From positions 41,471-105,470 of the forward strand of contig JBAZKH010000007.1 of assembly GCA_041650935.1 (NCBI GenBank): DNA of 64,000 nt, written 5' to 3'. The translations under genes and the position numbers were made by a program. Each line of letters opens with the position of its first letter. Position 1 is the first letter of the stretch. This DNA comes from Candidatus Omnitrophota bacterium (GTDB lineage Bacteria; Omnitrophota; Gorgyraeia; 2-01-FULL-45-10). Below, piece after piece: positions 35,820 through 46,337 of the stretch. The notes beneath the pieces are model-generated. The model worked only from the letters and a program-made list of their open reading frames with translations. It had not been told where the DNA came from and did no database searches.

Positions 35820-36569
35820 ATGAAGAAGCTCGTATTATTGCGCCACGGCCAGAGCGCGTGGAATAAGGAGAACAGGTTCACGGGCTGGACCGATGTCGAC
35901 CTGTCGGAAAAGGGCAGGGCCGAGGCGAAAAAGGCGGGAGAGGCGCTCGCGAAAGAAGGCTTCATTTTCGATATTGCTTATACATCCGTATTAAAAAGGG
36001 CCGTAAGGACATTGTGGATCACGCTCGATGAGATGGATCTTATGTGGATCCCCGTATACAATTCATGGCGCCTGAACGAGCGCCACTACGGTGCGCTGCA
36101 GGGATTGAACAAGTCCGAGACGGCGGCAAAGTTTGGAGAGGACCAGGTGCTTGTCTGGAGGAGGAGCTATGACGTGCCCCCTCCGGAACTCGAGAAGAGC
36201 GATCCGCGTTATCCGGGTAATGATCCCCGCTACAAAGGTTTAACTCCGAAAGAACTGCCGCTTACGGAATGCCTTAAAGATACCGTGGCGAGATTTTTGC
36301 CATATTGGCATGAAACGATCGCGCCGGCCGTGAAGAGCGGTAAGCGCGTAATAATAGCTGCGCATGGGAACAGCCTGAGAGCGCTGGTTAAATATCTCGA
36401 TAACGTATCGGATAAGGATATCGTCGGGTTGAATATCCCGACGGGGCTTCCGCTCATCTATGAGTTGACCGACGATTTGAAGCCGGTCAAAAGTTACTAC
36501 CTCGGCGATCCGGAAGCAGTCAAAAAAGCTATGGCGGATGTTGCTAATCAGGGAAAAGCTAAAAGATAG
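35820..36569 (+). CDS. gpmA: 2,3-bisphosphoglycerate-dependent phosphoglycerate mutase
   Basis: [10 protein letters not shown] catalytic-His motif. Confidence 0.9.
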   Translation: MKKLVLLRHGQSAWNKENRFTGWTDVDLSEKGRAEAKKAGEALAKEGFIFDIAYTSVLKRAVRTLWITLDEMDLMWIPVYNSWRLNERHYGALQGLNKSETAAKFGEDQVLVWRRSYDVPPPELEKSDPRYPGNDPRYKGLTPKELPLTECLKDTVARFLPYWHETIAPAVKSGKRVIIAAHGNSLRALVKYLDNVSDKDIVGLNIPTGLPLIYELTDDLKPVKSYYLGDPEAVKKAMADVANQGKAKR

Positions 36570-36649
36570 TGAATGGTGAATAGTGGATAGAGCGGTCGAG
36601 CAATACGGCCTTGCTTCACTACCTACTCTCCACTATACACTAATCACTA
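36567..36649. repeat. AGTGRAT-type repeats forming a 25-bp imperfect inverted repeat
   Basis: TAGTGAATGGTGAATAGTGGATAGAG ... CTCTCCACTATACACTAATCACTA. Confidence 0.5.
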
Positions 36650-36664
36650 AAAAGGGGAATAAAG

Positions 36665-38257
36665 GTGATAAAAGTCAGGAGAGCGTTAATAAGTGTATCG
36701 GATAAGACGGGGCTTGAGGACCTGGCCGGGGTTTTAAATAAGTTCGGGGTCGAGATATTGTCGACGGGCGGCACGGCAAAGGCCATAAGGGCTTTGGGTA
36801 TTCCGGCCAAAGACGTTTCCGAACATACCGGTTTTCCCGAAATGCTCGATGGGCGGGTGAAGACTCTCCATCCCAATATCCACGGAGGCCTCCTTGCCCT
36901 TCGCGAAAACAAAGAACACATGGATACGGTTAAGGAGCGCGGCATCGGTCTTATAGACATGGTCGTTGTCAACCTGTATCCCTTCGAAAAGACGATTGCC
37001 AAACCCGGCGTTAAGCTGGAAGAGGCGATAGAAAATATCGATATCGGCGGACCTTCCATGCTGAGAAGCGCGGCGAAGAACCACAGGTCGGTTTGTGTCG
37101 TATGCGATCCCGGTGATTACGGAAAGGTCATCGGCGCGATGGAAAAGAATTCCGGCTCTCTTCCGGAGAGCCTGCTCGTCGAGCTGGGCGTAAAGGTTTT
37201 CCAGAAGACGTCGGATTATGACGCGGCGATATGCGGGTATTTGAAAGACCATAGACCGGAGACCGGAGACCGGGGTGAGGATTTTCCGCAACGCCTTGAC
37301 TTGAGGTACAAGAAGCTGCAGGACCTAAGGTACGGCGAAAACCCGCACCAGAAAGCGGCGTTCTATAAGGATGAATCATCCAGCGAACCAAGCGTGTCGA
37401 ACGCCGTCCAACTGCACGGCAAAGAGTTATCGTTCAATAATATAATAGACCTCAACGCCGCCCTGGAGATAGTCAAGGAATACGATGAACCGGCCGCGAC
37501 GATAATAAAACATACAAACCCCTGCGGCGCGGCGACGGCAAAGAGCCTGAAGCAGGCGTATATAGACGCTCTCGACTGCGACCGTTTAAGCGCGTTTGGG
37601 AGCATCGTCGGATTTAACAAGCCCGTGGACCTGGAGACGGCAAAGACGATCCTGGAAGAGGCGGATTTCGTCGAGTGTATAATAGCGCCTTCTTATGTCC
37701 CGGCGGCGTTAGAAGCGCTTAAGGCAAAGAAGAACCTGCGGCTCCTGGAAGTTAAAGATTTCGCCTCCAGGCTATCGCCCGGGCGCAAATCGGATAAGAT
37801 AGATAAGGACATGAAGAAGGTCGTCGGCGGGATGCTGATGCAGGATAGGGACGTTGCTTTACTGGAAGAGCCGGCGCTAAAGGTCGTTACGAAGATAAAG
37901 CCCACCAAAGAACAACTCGCATCTCTTCTCTTCGGATGGGTAATCGCCAAGCATGTTAAATCGAATGCCATCGTCCTATGCCGGGGCACAAAGACCGTCG
38001 GTGTCGGCGCCGGGCAGATGTCGAGGGTCGATTCGGTAATGATAGCATGCAGAAAAGCCGGCTCCCGCGCCAGGGGCTCTACGCTGGCGAGCGACGCATT
38101 CTTCCCCAAAGAAGACGGCATCGAACAGGCTCATCAGGGCGGCATTACCGCGATAATACAGCCGGGCGGATCCATACGCGACCAGGATGTAATAAAGATG
38201 GCCGATAAGCTCGGGATCGCGATGGTATTTACCGGAGCAAGACACTTTAAACACTAA
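36665..38257 (+). CDS. purH: AICAR transformylase / IMP cyclohydrolase
   Basis: ALISVSDKTGL...GGTAKA MGS-like domain plus AICARFT domain. GTG start. Confidence 0.9.
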   Translation: MIKVRRALISVSDKTGLEDLAGVLNKFGVEILSTGGTAKAIRALGIPAKDVSEHTGFPEMLDGRVKTLHPNIHGGLLALRENKEHMDTVKERGIGLIDMVVVNLYPFEKTIAKPGVKLEEAIENIDIGGPSMLRSAAKNHRSVCVVCDPGDYGKVIGAMEKNSGSLPESLLVELGVKVFQKTSDYDAAICGYLKDHRPETGDRGEDFPQRLDLRYKKLQDLRYGENPHQKAAFYKDESSSEPSVSNAVQLHGKELSFNNIIDLNAALEIVKEYDEPAATIIKHTNPCGAATAKSLKQAYIDALDCDRLSAFGSIVGFNKPVDLETAKTILEEADFVECIIAPSYVPAALEALKAKKNLRLLEVKDFASRLSPGRKSDKIDKDMKKVVGGMLMQDRDVALLEEPALKVVTKIKPTKEQLASLLFGWVIAKHVKSNAIVLCRGTKTVGVGAGQMSRVDSVMIACRKAGSRARGSTLASDAFFPKEDGIEQAHQGGITAIIQPGGSIRDQDVIKMADKLGIAMVFTGARHFKH

Positions 38258-38297
38258 TGACAAATAGATCTTTAAATTACCAATATCCAAATATTTG
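38256..38297 (+). repeat. hairpin element family A/B, copy B (CAAATA stem, 25-nt loop, TATTTG)
   Basis: 36/42 identical to copy A, with a compensatory C/G to A/T stem change. TTTGTCATTT repeats follow. Confidence 0.6.
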
Positions 38298-38375
38298 CGA
38301 TTTGGATTTAAATGATTGATTTGGATTTTGTCATTTGAAATTTGTCATTTTCATTTTATAAGCTTATCTTATCGC

Positions 38376-39671
38376 ATGACCTATACTGAGGCGCTACAAT
38401 ATCTCGATTCGTTCATCAACTATGAAAGACGCAGTAATTACGATTACAAGCAGTCTTTCAAGCTGGAGAGGATGAAGCGCCTGTCAGAGATACTTGATAA
38501 CCCTCACCGGAATTTCCGATCCATCCACATAGCCGGCACAAAAGGCAAGGGCTCTACGTCGGCGATCGTCTATTCGATCCTGAAAGAAGCCGGATATAAG
38601 ACCGGGCTCTATACGTCGCCGCACCTTGTTTCGTTTCGCGAAAGAATACGTATAAATGACGAATTTATAAGCGAGGCCGATCTGTCGCGTCTGCTCTTGA
38701 AGATAAAGGGCGGCGTCGAGGCGATGGCGGATGACAGGCCCACCTTCTTCGAGGTTTGCACGGCCGTCGCGTATCTATATTTCAGCCGGGAGAAAGTCGA
38801 TTTCGCGGTTTTCGAGGTCGGCCTCGGCGGCCGCCTGGACGCTACGAATGTATTAGAGCCGCTCGTTACGGCTATTACCCCTATAAGTTACGAACATACC
38901 GATAAGCTGGGCTGCACCCTCGGCGAGATCGCCTGCGAGAAGGCCGGCATCGTCAAAGAGAAGACCCCGTGTGTCATAGCGCCGCAGGAAGACGAGGCTC
39001 TGAGGGCCATAATCAAGGTGTGCGAGGAGAGGAGCTCAAAGACGATTCTCGTCGGGAAAGATATAAAATTTAACGAGATAGGGTTCAGCGATTCTATGGA
39101 AATATTTTCCGTTACGGGAACGGCTTCCGGATATCAGAAACTCGAGATGACACTGCTTGGGAGCCACCAGGTCGTCAACGCCGCCACCGCTATAGGCGTT
39201 ATCGAGTCGCTGCGGCTCAAGGATATCGCCGTATCCGACGAGGCTGTCCGTAAGGGTGTGCGGAATGCCAAATGGCAGGGGAGGCTCGAGGTTATTTCCC
39301 GGTGTCCTTATGTCGTCCTCGACGGCGCGCAGAACCGCGCCAGCGCAAAAGCGCTCGCGAGAGCCGTAAAGCGGATATTTAAGTATGGTAAGCTTATCCT
39401 GGTCCTGGGCATTTCGAAAGATAAGGATATTAAGGGAGTGGCCGAAGAACTCCTGCCGATTGCCGATAAGGTGATCCTGACGAAGGCCGGAGTAACCGGG
39501 CGGGCGGCGGAACCGGAACATATAAAAAAGTTTGTGACGCGCAAAGACAGGGATGTCTATTTGACCGGTAGTGTTAAAGAGGCCCTGGGCATGGCAAGGG
39601 CATTCGCTTCACCCGACGACATGATCCTGATAACGGGCTCGCTATTTGTGGTAGGAGAAGCAAAATTGTGA
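38376..39671 (+). CDS. folC: folylpolyglutamate synthase / dihydrofolate synthase
   Basis: IHIAGTKGKGST P-loop. Start reassigned to MTYTEALQYLD. Confidence 0.8.
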   Translation: MTYTEALQYLDSFINYERRSNYDYKQSFKLERMKRLSEILDNPHRNFRSIHIAGTKGKGSTSAIVYSILKEAGYKTGLYTSPHLVSFRERIRINDEFISEADLSRLLLKIKGGVEAMADDRPTFFEVCTAVAYLYFSREKVDFAVFEVGLGGRLDATNVLEPLVTAITPISYEHTDKLGCTLGEIACEKAGIVKEKTPCVIAPQEDEALRAIIKVCEERSSKTILVGKDIKFNEIGFSDSMEIFSVTGTASGYQKLEMTLLGSHQVVNAATAIGVIESLRLKDIAVSDEAVRKGVRNAKWQGRLEVISRCPYVVLDGAQNRASAKALARAVKRIFKYGKLILVLGISKDKDIKGVAEELLPIADKVILTKAGVTGRAAEPEHIKKFVTRKDRDVYLTGSVKEALGMARAFASPDDMILITGSLFVVGEAKL

Positions 39672-41074
39672 CGAGGATTAACCTGGACGATACTATTGTG
39701 GCTATCTCGACGCCCGCGGGCGAGGGCGGCATAGGCATCGTCCGCTTGAGCGGTGAGCGGGCGTTAACGATAGCGGATGAAATATTCCGGTCTAAAGACG
39801 GCAGGAAGGTTTCCCTGTTCGAGACGTATACTACCCATTACGGGCATATCATAGACCGTAAACAAAAACGTACGAAATACGAAGTTATCGACGAAGTCCT
39901 CCTTACGGTGATGAGGGCTCCGAAGAGCTATACGAAAGAGGATGTTGTCGAAATAAATTGCCACGGCGGGATGCAGCCGGTAAAGAAGGTCATGGATATT
40001 GCCGTGAGGCTCGGAGCGAGAGTTGCCGAACCCGGAGAGTTTACAAAGAGGGCCTTTTTGAACGGCAGGATAGACCTGACACAGGCCGAGGCTGTGCTCG
40101 ATGTCATAAGGGCAAAGACGGAGGGTTCTCTTAAGGTTGCGGTGAGCCAGCTTGAGGGAGAGCTTTCGGAAAGCGTAAACAGTATCCGTGACGGAATAAT
40201 GGAGATGGCCGCCGAAGTCGAAGCCGCGATAGATTTCCCCGAGGAAGGGTTGGAGTTATCCCGTCGGCCGGAATTGATCGACGGCGCGAAAGATATATTG
40301 AACCGGCTGGGATCTCTTATGTCGAGTTACGATAGCGGCATGATATTCAGGGAAGGGGTGCTCGCCATAATTTGCGGTAAGCCCAACGCCGGTAAATCGA
40401 GCCTCATGAACCTTCTCTTAAAGAGGGACAGGGTCATTGTTTCCCATATACCGGGAACGACACGCGACGCAGTCGAGGAGATGATAAATTTAGATGGTAT
40501 ACCTGTGCGCCTTGTCGATACGGCGGGGATTTCCGATACAAACGATGCTTTGGAAAAAGAGGGTATAAAGAAGAGCAAAAGATATCTCAAGTTATCCGAT
40601 ATAGTGATCCTGATGCTTGACGCATCGACCGGCATGACAAAGGCCGACAGGGATATAATGAAGCTGGTTGGCAGTAAGAAGCGGATAGTGGTATTCAATA
40701 AATGTGACAAGGCCCGGAAGGGTAACCTGCAAAAACTGAGAGAGAAATTTAAAGGTGAGGCTCCGATAGACCTTTCGGTGAAGAACAGGGAGGGCATTGG
40801 GCTCCTCGAGAAAACGATTGTAAAATCGGTTACAAGCGGCGTTTTTAACCAGGGTGAAAGCGCCATCGTGAGCAATGCCAGGCACAAGGAAGCGCTTGAC
40901 AAGGCTTACGGATCTATGTTATCTGTAAAAAATGCTCTTGAGGATAACGCGGGCGCCGAGATAGCGGCAATCGATCTTAAAGAAGCCGCGTATAACCTTG
41001 GGCTGGTGGTAGGCAAGTCGGTTTCGGACGATATCCTGGACAGGATATTCAGCCGGTTTTGTATAGGCAAGTAA
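39668..41074 (+). CDS. mnmE: tRNA modification GTPase
   Basis: N-terminal [19 protein letters not shown] domain, C-terminal CIGK. Confidence 0.9.
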   Translation: MTRINLDDTIVAISTPAGEGGIGIVRLSGERALTIADEIFRSKDGRKVSLFETYTTHYGHIIDRKQKRTKYEVIDEVLLTVMRAPKSYTKEDVVEINCHGGMQPVKKVMDIAVRLGARVAEPGEFTKRAFLNGRIDLTQAEAVLDVIRAKTEGSLKVAVSQLEGELSESVNSIRDGIMEMAAEVEAAIDFPEEGLELSRRPELIDGAKDILNRLGSLMSSYDSGMIFREGVLAIICGKPNAGKSSLMNLLLKRDRVIVSHIPGTTRDAVEEMINLDGIPVRLVDTAGISDTNDALEKEGIKKSKRYLKLSDIVILMLDASTGMTKADRDIMKLVGSKKRIVVFNKCDKARKGNLQKLREKFKGEAPIDLSVKNREGIGLLEKTIVKSVTSGVFNQGESAIVSNARHKEALDKAYGSMLSVKNALEDNAGAEIAAIDLKEAAYNLGLVVGKSVSDDILDRIFSRFCIGK

Positions 41075-41090
41075 AGATAAAGAGGGAATA

Positions 41091-41648
41091 ATGGATAAGA
41101 AACGGATAGAGAAGGCGGTCAAGGAGATATTATTGGCGGTAGGTGAAGACCCGAACCGCCCTGATATAAAAGATACGCCCAAACGCGTCGCGGAGATGTA
41201 TGAAGAGATACTGGGCGGCACTAAGATCAACCCGGAAAAAGAGCTGGAAGTAGTATTCGAGAAGGACCATGACGAGATAATCCTCCTGAAAGGGGTCCCT
41301 CTATATTCGGTCTGCGAGCACCATCTCCTGCCGTTTATCGGCAGGGCGCACGTCGCGTATATACCGAGCAATAACAAGGTTACGGGCCTGAGCAAGCTTG
41401 TAAGGGTGGTCGATACGCTGGCCAGGAGGCTGCAGGTCCAGGAGCGCCTTACGACGGATATTGCCGATATCGTTATGCGTAAGCTTTCCCCTAAGGGCGT
41501 TCTCGTCGTGATAGAAGCGGAGCATCTATGTATGTCGATGCGCGGGGTTAAGAAGCCGGGCGTATTGACCATTACAAGCGCTGTTCGAGGCGTTTTTCGG
41601 CAGAACGAAAAGACGCGCGCCGAAGCATTGTCCCTTATAAGAGGCTAA
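41091..41648 (+). CDS. folE: GTP cyclohydrolase I
   Basis: VCEHHLLPF motif. Confidence 0.9.
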   Translation: MDKKRIEKAVKEILLAVGEDPNRPDIKDTPKRVAEMYEEILGGTKINPEKELEVVFEKDHDEIILLKGVPLYSVCEHHLLPFIGRAHVAYIPSNNKVTGLSKLVRVVDTLARRLQVQERLTTDIADIVMRKLSPKGVLVVIEAEHLCMSMRGVKKPGVLTITSAVRGVFRQNEKTRAEALSLIRG

Positions 41649-41714
41649 TGTTAATATTATAATTGAAACTACGCGGCTCCTATATTATAATATCCCCAAT
41701 ATATAACCCATAGT

Positions 41715-42167
41715 ATGAAAATGAACTATTTCGTCGAATTCAGCAAAAACTACATATTCTGGACATCGGCCGCTTCCTGGATCATGGCGCAATCTATAAA
41801 AGTTGCGCTGGGCGCATTCAGGGAGAGACGGTTCAATTTCCGTTGGTTCCTGGGAACCGGCGGTATGCCCAGCTCTCACGCGGCCGGCGTTTCGGCGCTT
41901 GCTACCTCTGTAGGCGTGACATACGGCTTTGACTCGGCCCTATTCGCCGTAGCGCTTACCTTTACACTCATAGTTCTCTTCGATGCGCAGGGGGTGAGGC
42001 TTGCGACAGGCAGGCAGGCGGAGATATTGAACAAGATGCTGGACGATATCTATTGGAAGAAGAAGCTGGACGAAGAAGAGCTTAAAGAGCTGATAGGTCA
42101 CACGCCGGTCGAAGTATTCGCCGGAGCGTTTTTAGGGATAATAGTCTCCCTTCTATTTTATAAATAA
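41715..42167 (+). CDS. divergent PAP2-family membrane protein (DUF212/YuiD-like)
   Basis: GGMPSSHAA motif. Confidence 0.6.
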   Translation: MKMNYFVEFSKNYIFWTSAASWIMAQSIKVALGAFRERRFNFRWFLGTGGMPSSHAAGVSALATSVGVTYGFDSALFAVALTFTLIVLFDAQGVRLATGRQAEILNKMLDDIYWKKKLDEEELKELIGHTPVEVFAGAFLGIIVSLLFYK

Positions 42168-42177
42168 GAGGTGCGGA

Positions 42178-43050
42178 GTGAACAAGAATATTATAGTGAT
42201 AGCGCTTATTGTGATACTGGCCGTAGCCGCGGCCTTGCTGGCATATGGTATAATTACTCATGCGGCGTCGCAGAAGGTGAATGCCGGTAAAGAGGAAAGT
42301 GTCGAAACGGCCGGGCCGAAATCGGCAGAGCATCCCGTATCCGGAGAGTCCGAATCGGACTATTTCAATTCCGCCGCGAATTATGAAAAGCGGGGCGATT
42401 TATCGGGAGCGCGGGACGCTTATCAGAAGATTATCGAAAAGTACCCCGGATCGAATAATATATCGAGAGCCCAGGAAGCGCTGGAAGCGCTTAATATAAA
42501 ATTGCTATTCTCGTCCGTTGCGACACCGGATTCCACTCTTTACGAAGTCCAGAAAGGCGATACGTTAACGAAGATAGCAAAGAAGTTCAATACCACCACC
42601 GAATTGATATCCAGGGCAAACGCGCTTAAGGACGCAAACGTTAAAGTGGGCAAGCGGCTCAGGATATCGAAAGCGAAATTCAGCATAGCAGTAGACAAGT
42701 CCCAGAATATACTTACCCTGAAGTCCGATCAGGAGATATTAAAGACCTACAAAGTCTCGACGGGAAAAAACGCCTGCACTCCCGTCGGAACGTTCAAGGT
42801 CACGAATAAACTCATCGACCCGCCCTGGTATCCTTCAGCGGGCGGCATGATACCCGCCGGCGATCCTAAAAACGTGCTAGGCTCCCGCTGGATAGGCCTC
42901 TCCAAGCAAGGCTACGGTATACACGGTACCATAGAACCCGAATCGATAGGGAAAAGCGTTACCGAAGGCTGTGTGAGGATGAAGAATTCCGATGTAGAGG
43001 AATTATATTCGATAGTGCCTATCGGTACGGAAGTCGTTATAGTTGATTAA
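42178..43050 (+). CDS. LysM-domain L,D-transpeptidase (YkuD fold)
   Basis: LysM segment YEVQKGDTLTKIAKKF. Catalytic HGT...GCVRM. Confidence 0.7.
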   Translation: MNKNIIVIALIVILAVAAALLAYGIITHAASQKVNAGKEESVETAGPKSAEHPVSGESESDYFNSAANYEKRGDLSGARDAYQKIIEKYPGSNNISRAQEALEALNIKLLFSSVATPDSTLYEVQKGDTLTKIAKKFNTTTELISRANALKDANVKVGKRLRISKAKFSIAVDKSQNILTLKSDQEILKTYKVSTGKNACTPVGTFKVTNKLIDPPWYPSAGGMIPAGDPKNVLGSRWIGLSKQGYGIHGTIEPESIGKSVTEGCVRMKNSDVEELYSIVPIGTEVVIVD

Positions 43051-43079
43051 ATTCGTAAAAACGGACCGGAAATAAAAAA

Positions 43080-44045
43080 ATGGCTGCCCATCATATGCCG
43101 GGTCTTGATTTTGAAAGGCCCATTATAGAGCTGGAGAGGAAGATAGAGGAACTGAAGGGTTTTACTGCCCACAAGGATATCGATATATCCAGCGAAATTT
43201 CCAGGCTCGAAGAAAAACTCTCGCATATAAAGAAAGATGTTTACGATAGCCTCACGCCCTGGCAGAGGGTGCAGATAGCCCGCCATCCGAAGAGGCCGTA
43301 TACCCTCGATTACATCGAGATGATGATTACGGGTTTTATCGAGATACACGGTGACCGCCATTTTGCCGATGACAAGGCGATGATATGCGGGCTTGGGCGG
43401 CTCGGCGGGGAACAGGTAGTCGTCATAGGGCATCAGAAGGGGCGCGATACTAAAGAGAACCTGCAGAGGAACTTCGGGAGCGCTCACCCGGAGGGATACA
43501 GGAAGGCGATGCGGGTCATGAAAATGGCGGAGAAGTTCGACCTTCCCGTGATCGTCTTTATCGATACGCCGGGCGCGTATCCGGGAATAGGCGCCGAAGA
43601 GCGCGGGCAGGCCGAAGCGATCGCGTATAATCTGCGCGAGATGGCAGACCTGAAGACTGTGGTTCTCGTCTTCGTGATAGGCGAAGGCGGATCCGGCGGC
43701 GCTCTGGGAATAGGTATAGGCGATAAGGTCTATGTTCTGGAGAACGCATATTACTCCGTAATCTCTCCCGAAGGCTGCGCCGCTATATTATGGAAAGAGC
43801 GGTCCAAATCGCCCAATGCGGCCGCGGCGTTGAAGCTTACCGCGAAGGATCTTCTCGATATGCATATAATAGACGGTATAGTTAAAGAGCCCGTCGGCGG
43901 CGCGCATAAGGATCCCGCCGAAGTGGCGGAGAATATAAAAAAGATAATAAAAAAAGACCTTGCCGCACTGAAAGCCATACCTAAGGATAGACTTATAGAC
44001 GCGCGTTATAACAAGATACGCGCGATCGGAGTATTTAAAGAATAA
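43080..44045 (+). CDS. accA: acetyl-CoA carboxylase carboxyltransferase alpha subunit
   Basis: Full-length AccA pattern ([10 protein letters not shown]...[10 protein letters not shown]). Confidence 0.9.
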   Translation: MAAHHMPGLDFERPIIELERKIEELKGFTAHKDIDISSEISRLEEKLSHIKKDVYDSLTPWQRVQIARHPKRPYTLDYIEMMITGFIEIHGDRHFADDKAMICGLGRLGGEQVVVIGHQKGRDTKENLQRNFGSAHPEGYRKAMRVMKMAEKFDLPVIVFIDTPGAYPGIGAEERGQAEAIAYNLREMADLKTVVLVFVIGEGGSGGALGIGIGDKVYVLENAYYSVISPEGCAAILWKERSKSPNAAAALKLTAKDLLDMHIIDGIVKEPVGGAHKDPAEVAENIKKIIKKDLAALKAIPKDRLIDARYNKIRAIGVFKE

Positions 44046-44091
44046 TAGACCGGAAAAGATGAAGTCGAGCGAAAGACGGTTTTGATGAAAG

Positions 44092-44127
44092 GCCAGCCTG
44101 AAATTAAAAGAGCTGGCTTTATTTTTT
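44092..44127 (+). terminator. intrinsic terminator (GCCAGC/GCTGGC followed by TTTATTTTTT)
   Basis: Stem-loop followed by a T run after accA. Confidence 0.55.
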
Positions 44128-44143
44128 GGCTAAAGGGGGCATT

Positions 44144-44653
44144 ATGAAGAGATACGGAATGAAGCTGTTTTTTGTGCTGCTTGCAGCCGCGTCGTCGTGC
44201 GTAATGACCGGGTGCGGCGGGAAGAAGTGCCAGGAGAGCCGGGTGATAGCAAAGATCAATAATTACGAATTGACCGCGGCGGATTTCCGCGATGAGGCGG
44301 GACTGCTCTTGTCCAATGCTTTCGCCGCCGGCGCCGACATGGAAAAAGCAAAAGAGCGCGCGTTGGACGAAATTATAACGAAGAAGGTCCTGCTCCAGGC
44401 GGCGCAGGAGGAGTCTTTCGATAAGGATAAAAAATTTATGAAAGAGATAGAGCGGTATTGGGAGCAGGCTCTTCTCAAACTTTTGATAAAGAAAAAGATA
44501 GACGGATTCGCGGCAAAAATGTCACCCGATATACAGCCCGGCGCCAGGCAGAAGATCCTGAAGTCGGAGCTCGATAACTGGGTCAAAGATATCCGCAATT
44601 CCGCGAAAGTGCGGATATATAAGGACAGCCTTAAGGATGCAGAGATTAAATGA
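44144..44653 (+). CDS. lipoprotein with a SurA-N-like chaperone domain
   Basis: Lipobox VMTGC. Start reassigned to the ATG after the AAAGGGGG ribosome-binding site. Confidence 0.45.
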   Translation: MKRYGMKLFFVLLAAASSCVMTGCGGKKCQESRVIAKINNYELTAADFRDEAGLLLSNAFAAGADMEKAKERALDEIITKKVLLQAAQEESFDKDKKFMKEIERYWEQALLKLLIKKKIDGFAAKMSPDIQPGARQKILKSELDNWVKDIRNSAKVRIYKDSLKDAEIK

Positions 44654-44666
44654 AAGGGGTGTCGGT

Positions 44667-45215
44667 ATGAACGACTACCGCAATAGAAGGAGAAACTATT
44701 TTATAAAGAAGGACTTCCAGCGAAATTTCATACTGAAATTCTGCCTGCTGGTTGCGATCGGCTCGATCGTTTCGGGCCTGATCATCTACCTGATGTCGAG
44801 GTCCACCGCTACCACATCATTCGAAAACCTGCGGCTCGTCATCAAGAGTACGGCGGATTATATTCTTCCGGCGGTTCTCCTGTCCGGCGCTATCGTCATA
44901 GTCATTACGGGAATAGCCGCTATCCTGATCACCCTGTTTACTTCTCATAAGATAGCGGGGCCGCTCTACAGGATAGAGAAGGATATAAGAGAGGTTGCCG
45001 CCGGTGATCTTACGCAGGAATTCAACCTGCGCTCAGGGGACGAGATTAAACCTATTGCCGGAGCTCTCAATTTGATGGCCCATTATTTACGGGATGAAGT
45101 GGGCGCGCTTAAGAAAGATATCGCGCGGCTGGAATCCGTATCGGCAGGCGCGCCTCAGGAGATAAAGGAAAAAGTGGCGGCATTAAAATCCAGAATTGAA
45201 AAACTGAAGACATGA
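44667..45215 (+). CDS. membrane protein with a HAMP domain only (no output domain)
   Basis: Two TM helices then HAMP (SHKIAGPLYRIEKDIREVAAGDLTQ). Ribosome-binding site AAAGGGG. Stop overlaps the next start. Confidence 0.5.
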   Translation: MNDYRNRRRNYFIKKDFQRNFILKFCLLVAIGSIVSGLIIYLMSRSTATTSFENLRLVIKSTADYILPAVLLSGAIVIVITGIAAILITLFTSHKIAGPLYRIEKDIREVAAGDLTQEFNLRSGDEIKPIAGALNLMAHYLRDEVGALKKDIARLESVSAGAPQEIKEKVAALKSRIEKLKT

Positions 45216-45793
45216 AGCGGCTGATAACGGTATCTATATTAGTGATGGCGCTTAGCATCTCCGTCGGAGAAGCCCGCTTTGCTTCGGCCGGTGAAACGGT
45301 AAATGGCGGCGAGGAATGGATGACTCTCGAGACGGGCTATCTTACCATCTATTATCCGCCCGATGCGGATCTCGGGCTCATAGAGGCTGATTTAAGAAAG
45401 CGGGCCGCATATTTTTCCACCGATATGCCGGGCGACGACGCGCCCGCAGAAGAGAAGATACGCTATCAGCTAGATGCCCTATTCAGGCGCGCCGAAGATA
45501 TCCTCGATATGCGCCCGGCCGATATCCACATAAAGATAAAGATATTCAGGACCATAGAGGAGCTTAAAGACGAATATGCCAGGATATTCGACGGCATAGC
45601 GCCGAGGGAAGGATTAAAATCGTTTTATATACATAAATATAGCACTATCTATGCTTCGGAAGCGGATATGTCTGATTCCGTCATAGCCCACGAGATGGCC
45701 CATGCCATAGTCGACCATTACTTTGCGGTAATACCTCCGGAAAAGGTGAGGGAGCTCCTGGCTTCTTACGTTGACTTGCACCTTGCGGAATAG
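45212..45793 (+). CDS. secreted protein with an HExxH zincin-like motif
   Basis: Signal peptide. VIAHEMAHAIVDHY. Confidence 0.4.
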   Translation: MKRLITVSILVMALSISVGEARFASAGETVNGGEEWMTLETGYLTIYYPPDADLGLIEADLRKRAAYFSTDMPGDDAPAEEKIRYQLDALFRRAEDILDMRPADIHIKIKIFRTIEELKDEYARIFDGIAPREGLKSFYIHKYSTIYASEADMSDSVIAHEMAHAIVDHYFAVIPPEKVRELLASYVDLHLAE

Positions 45794-45894
45794 GTCTCAG
45801 ATTCGCAGCCCATTTTTCCTGGATGGAAATTCTCGGTAAAGCCGATGTAGAAGTTATTGTCCTTTTCACTCAATAAGGCGTAGACGTAATGCAT
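45766..45894 (-). pseudogene. GIY-YIG nuclease fragment (42 codons, truncated)
   Basis: MHYVYALLSEKDNNFYIGFTENF matches the GIY-x10-YIG N-terminal motif. The ORF ends before the rest of the domain. Confidence 0.35.
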
Positions 45895-45966
45895 AGTCCT
45901 CGAGAAATTATTGCCCTGTACCAGTCGGCCTACCGTCAAGCGATAGCCTCCGGTACAGGGCATTCA

Positions 45967-46039
45967 CCACTCACAAAAATTACTGCATGGCTGTGCCATG
46001 TACCCGAACAAAAATTTCGATAGAAATTTTTGTGAGTGG
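45967..46039. repeat. 15-bp perfect inverted repeat (CCACTCACAAAAATT / AATTTTTGTGAGTGG) with a 43-nt spacer containing the CATGGC-TGT-GCCATG hairpin
   Basis: It sits directly 3' of tRNA-Ala on the minus strand. Confidence 0.6.
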
Positions 46040-46043
46040 TACA

Positions 46044-46117
46044 TGGTGGAGCTGACGAGAATCGAACTCGTGATTACACAATGCCATTGTGTCGTGATCC
46101 CTCTTCACTACAGCCCC
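46044..46117 (-). tRNA. tRNA-Ala (anticodon GGC)
   Basis: The reverse complement folds as acceptor GGGGCTG/CAGCTCC, D stem GTGA/TCAC, anticodon stem ACACA/TGTGT, loop ATGGCAT, T loop TTCGATT, CCA. Confidence 0.8.
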
Positions 46118-46146
46118 ATATTCAAATAGTATTATAGCACAAAAAC

Positions 46147-46233
46147 TGGTGCCGAGGGAGGGAGTTGAACCCTCATATCCGTGAGGAAATCGGTTTTTGA
46201 GACCGACGCGTATGCCAGTTCCGCCACCTCGGC
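46147..46233 (-). tRNA. tRNA-Leu (anticodon CAA), type II with a long variable arm
   Basis: The reverse complement folds as acceptor GCCGAGG/CCTCGGC, anticodon stem TCGGT/ACCGA, loop CTCAAAA, long variable arm, T stem GAGGG/CCCTC, CCA. Confidence 0.8.
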
Positions 46234-46337
46234 GTAAAAAATACTATCCCGTGTCAGGCTAATTTAACATTATAAATCTTACTTTGTCAAATCTTTTCAT
46301 TGACCCCGTCGGGAACTATGTGTTAAAATCTCAAACT

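Noticed and set aside
36570-36664. Possible ZTP (pfl) riboswitch upstream of purH
   Set aside because: The conserved GGGUCGUGAC...CCGGGCGGA...CCGCCUGGG elements are absent. The region is instead occupied by the AGTGRAT inverted repeat.
45681-45869. 62-aa minus-strand ORF
   Set aside because: Overlaps the 3' end of the plus-strand HExxH gene. It is a frame artefact next to the GIY-YIG remnant.
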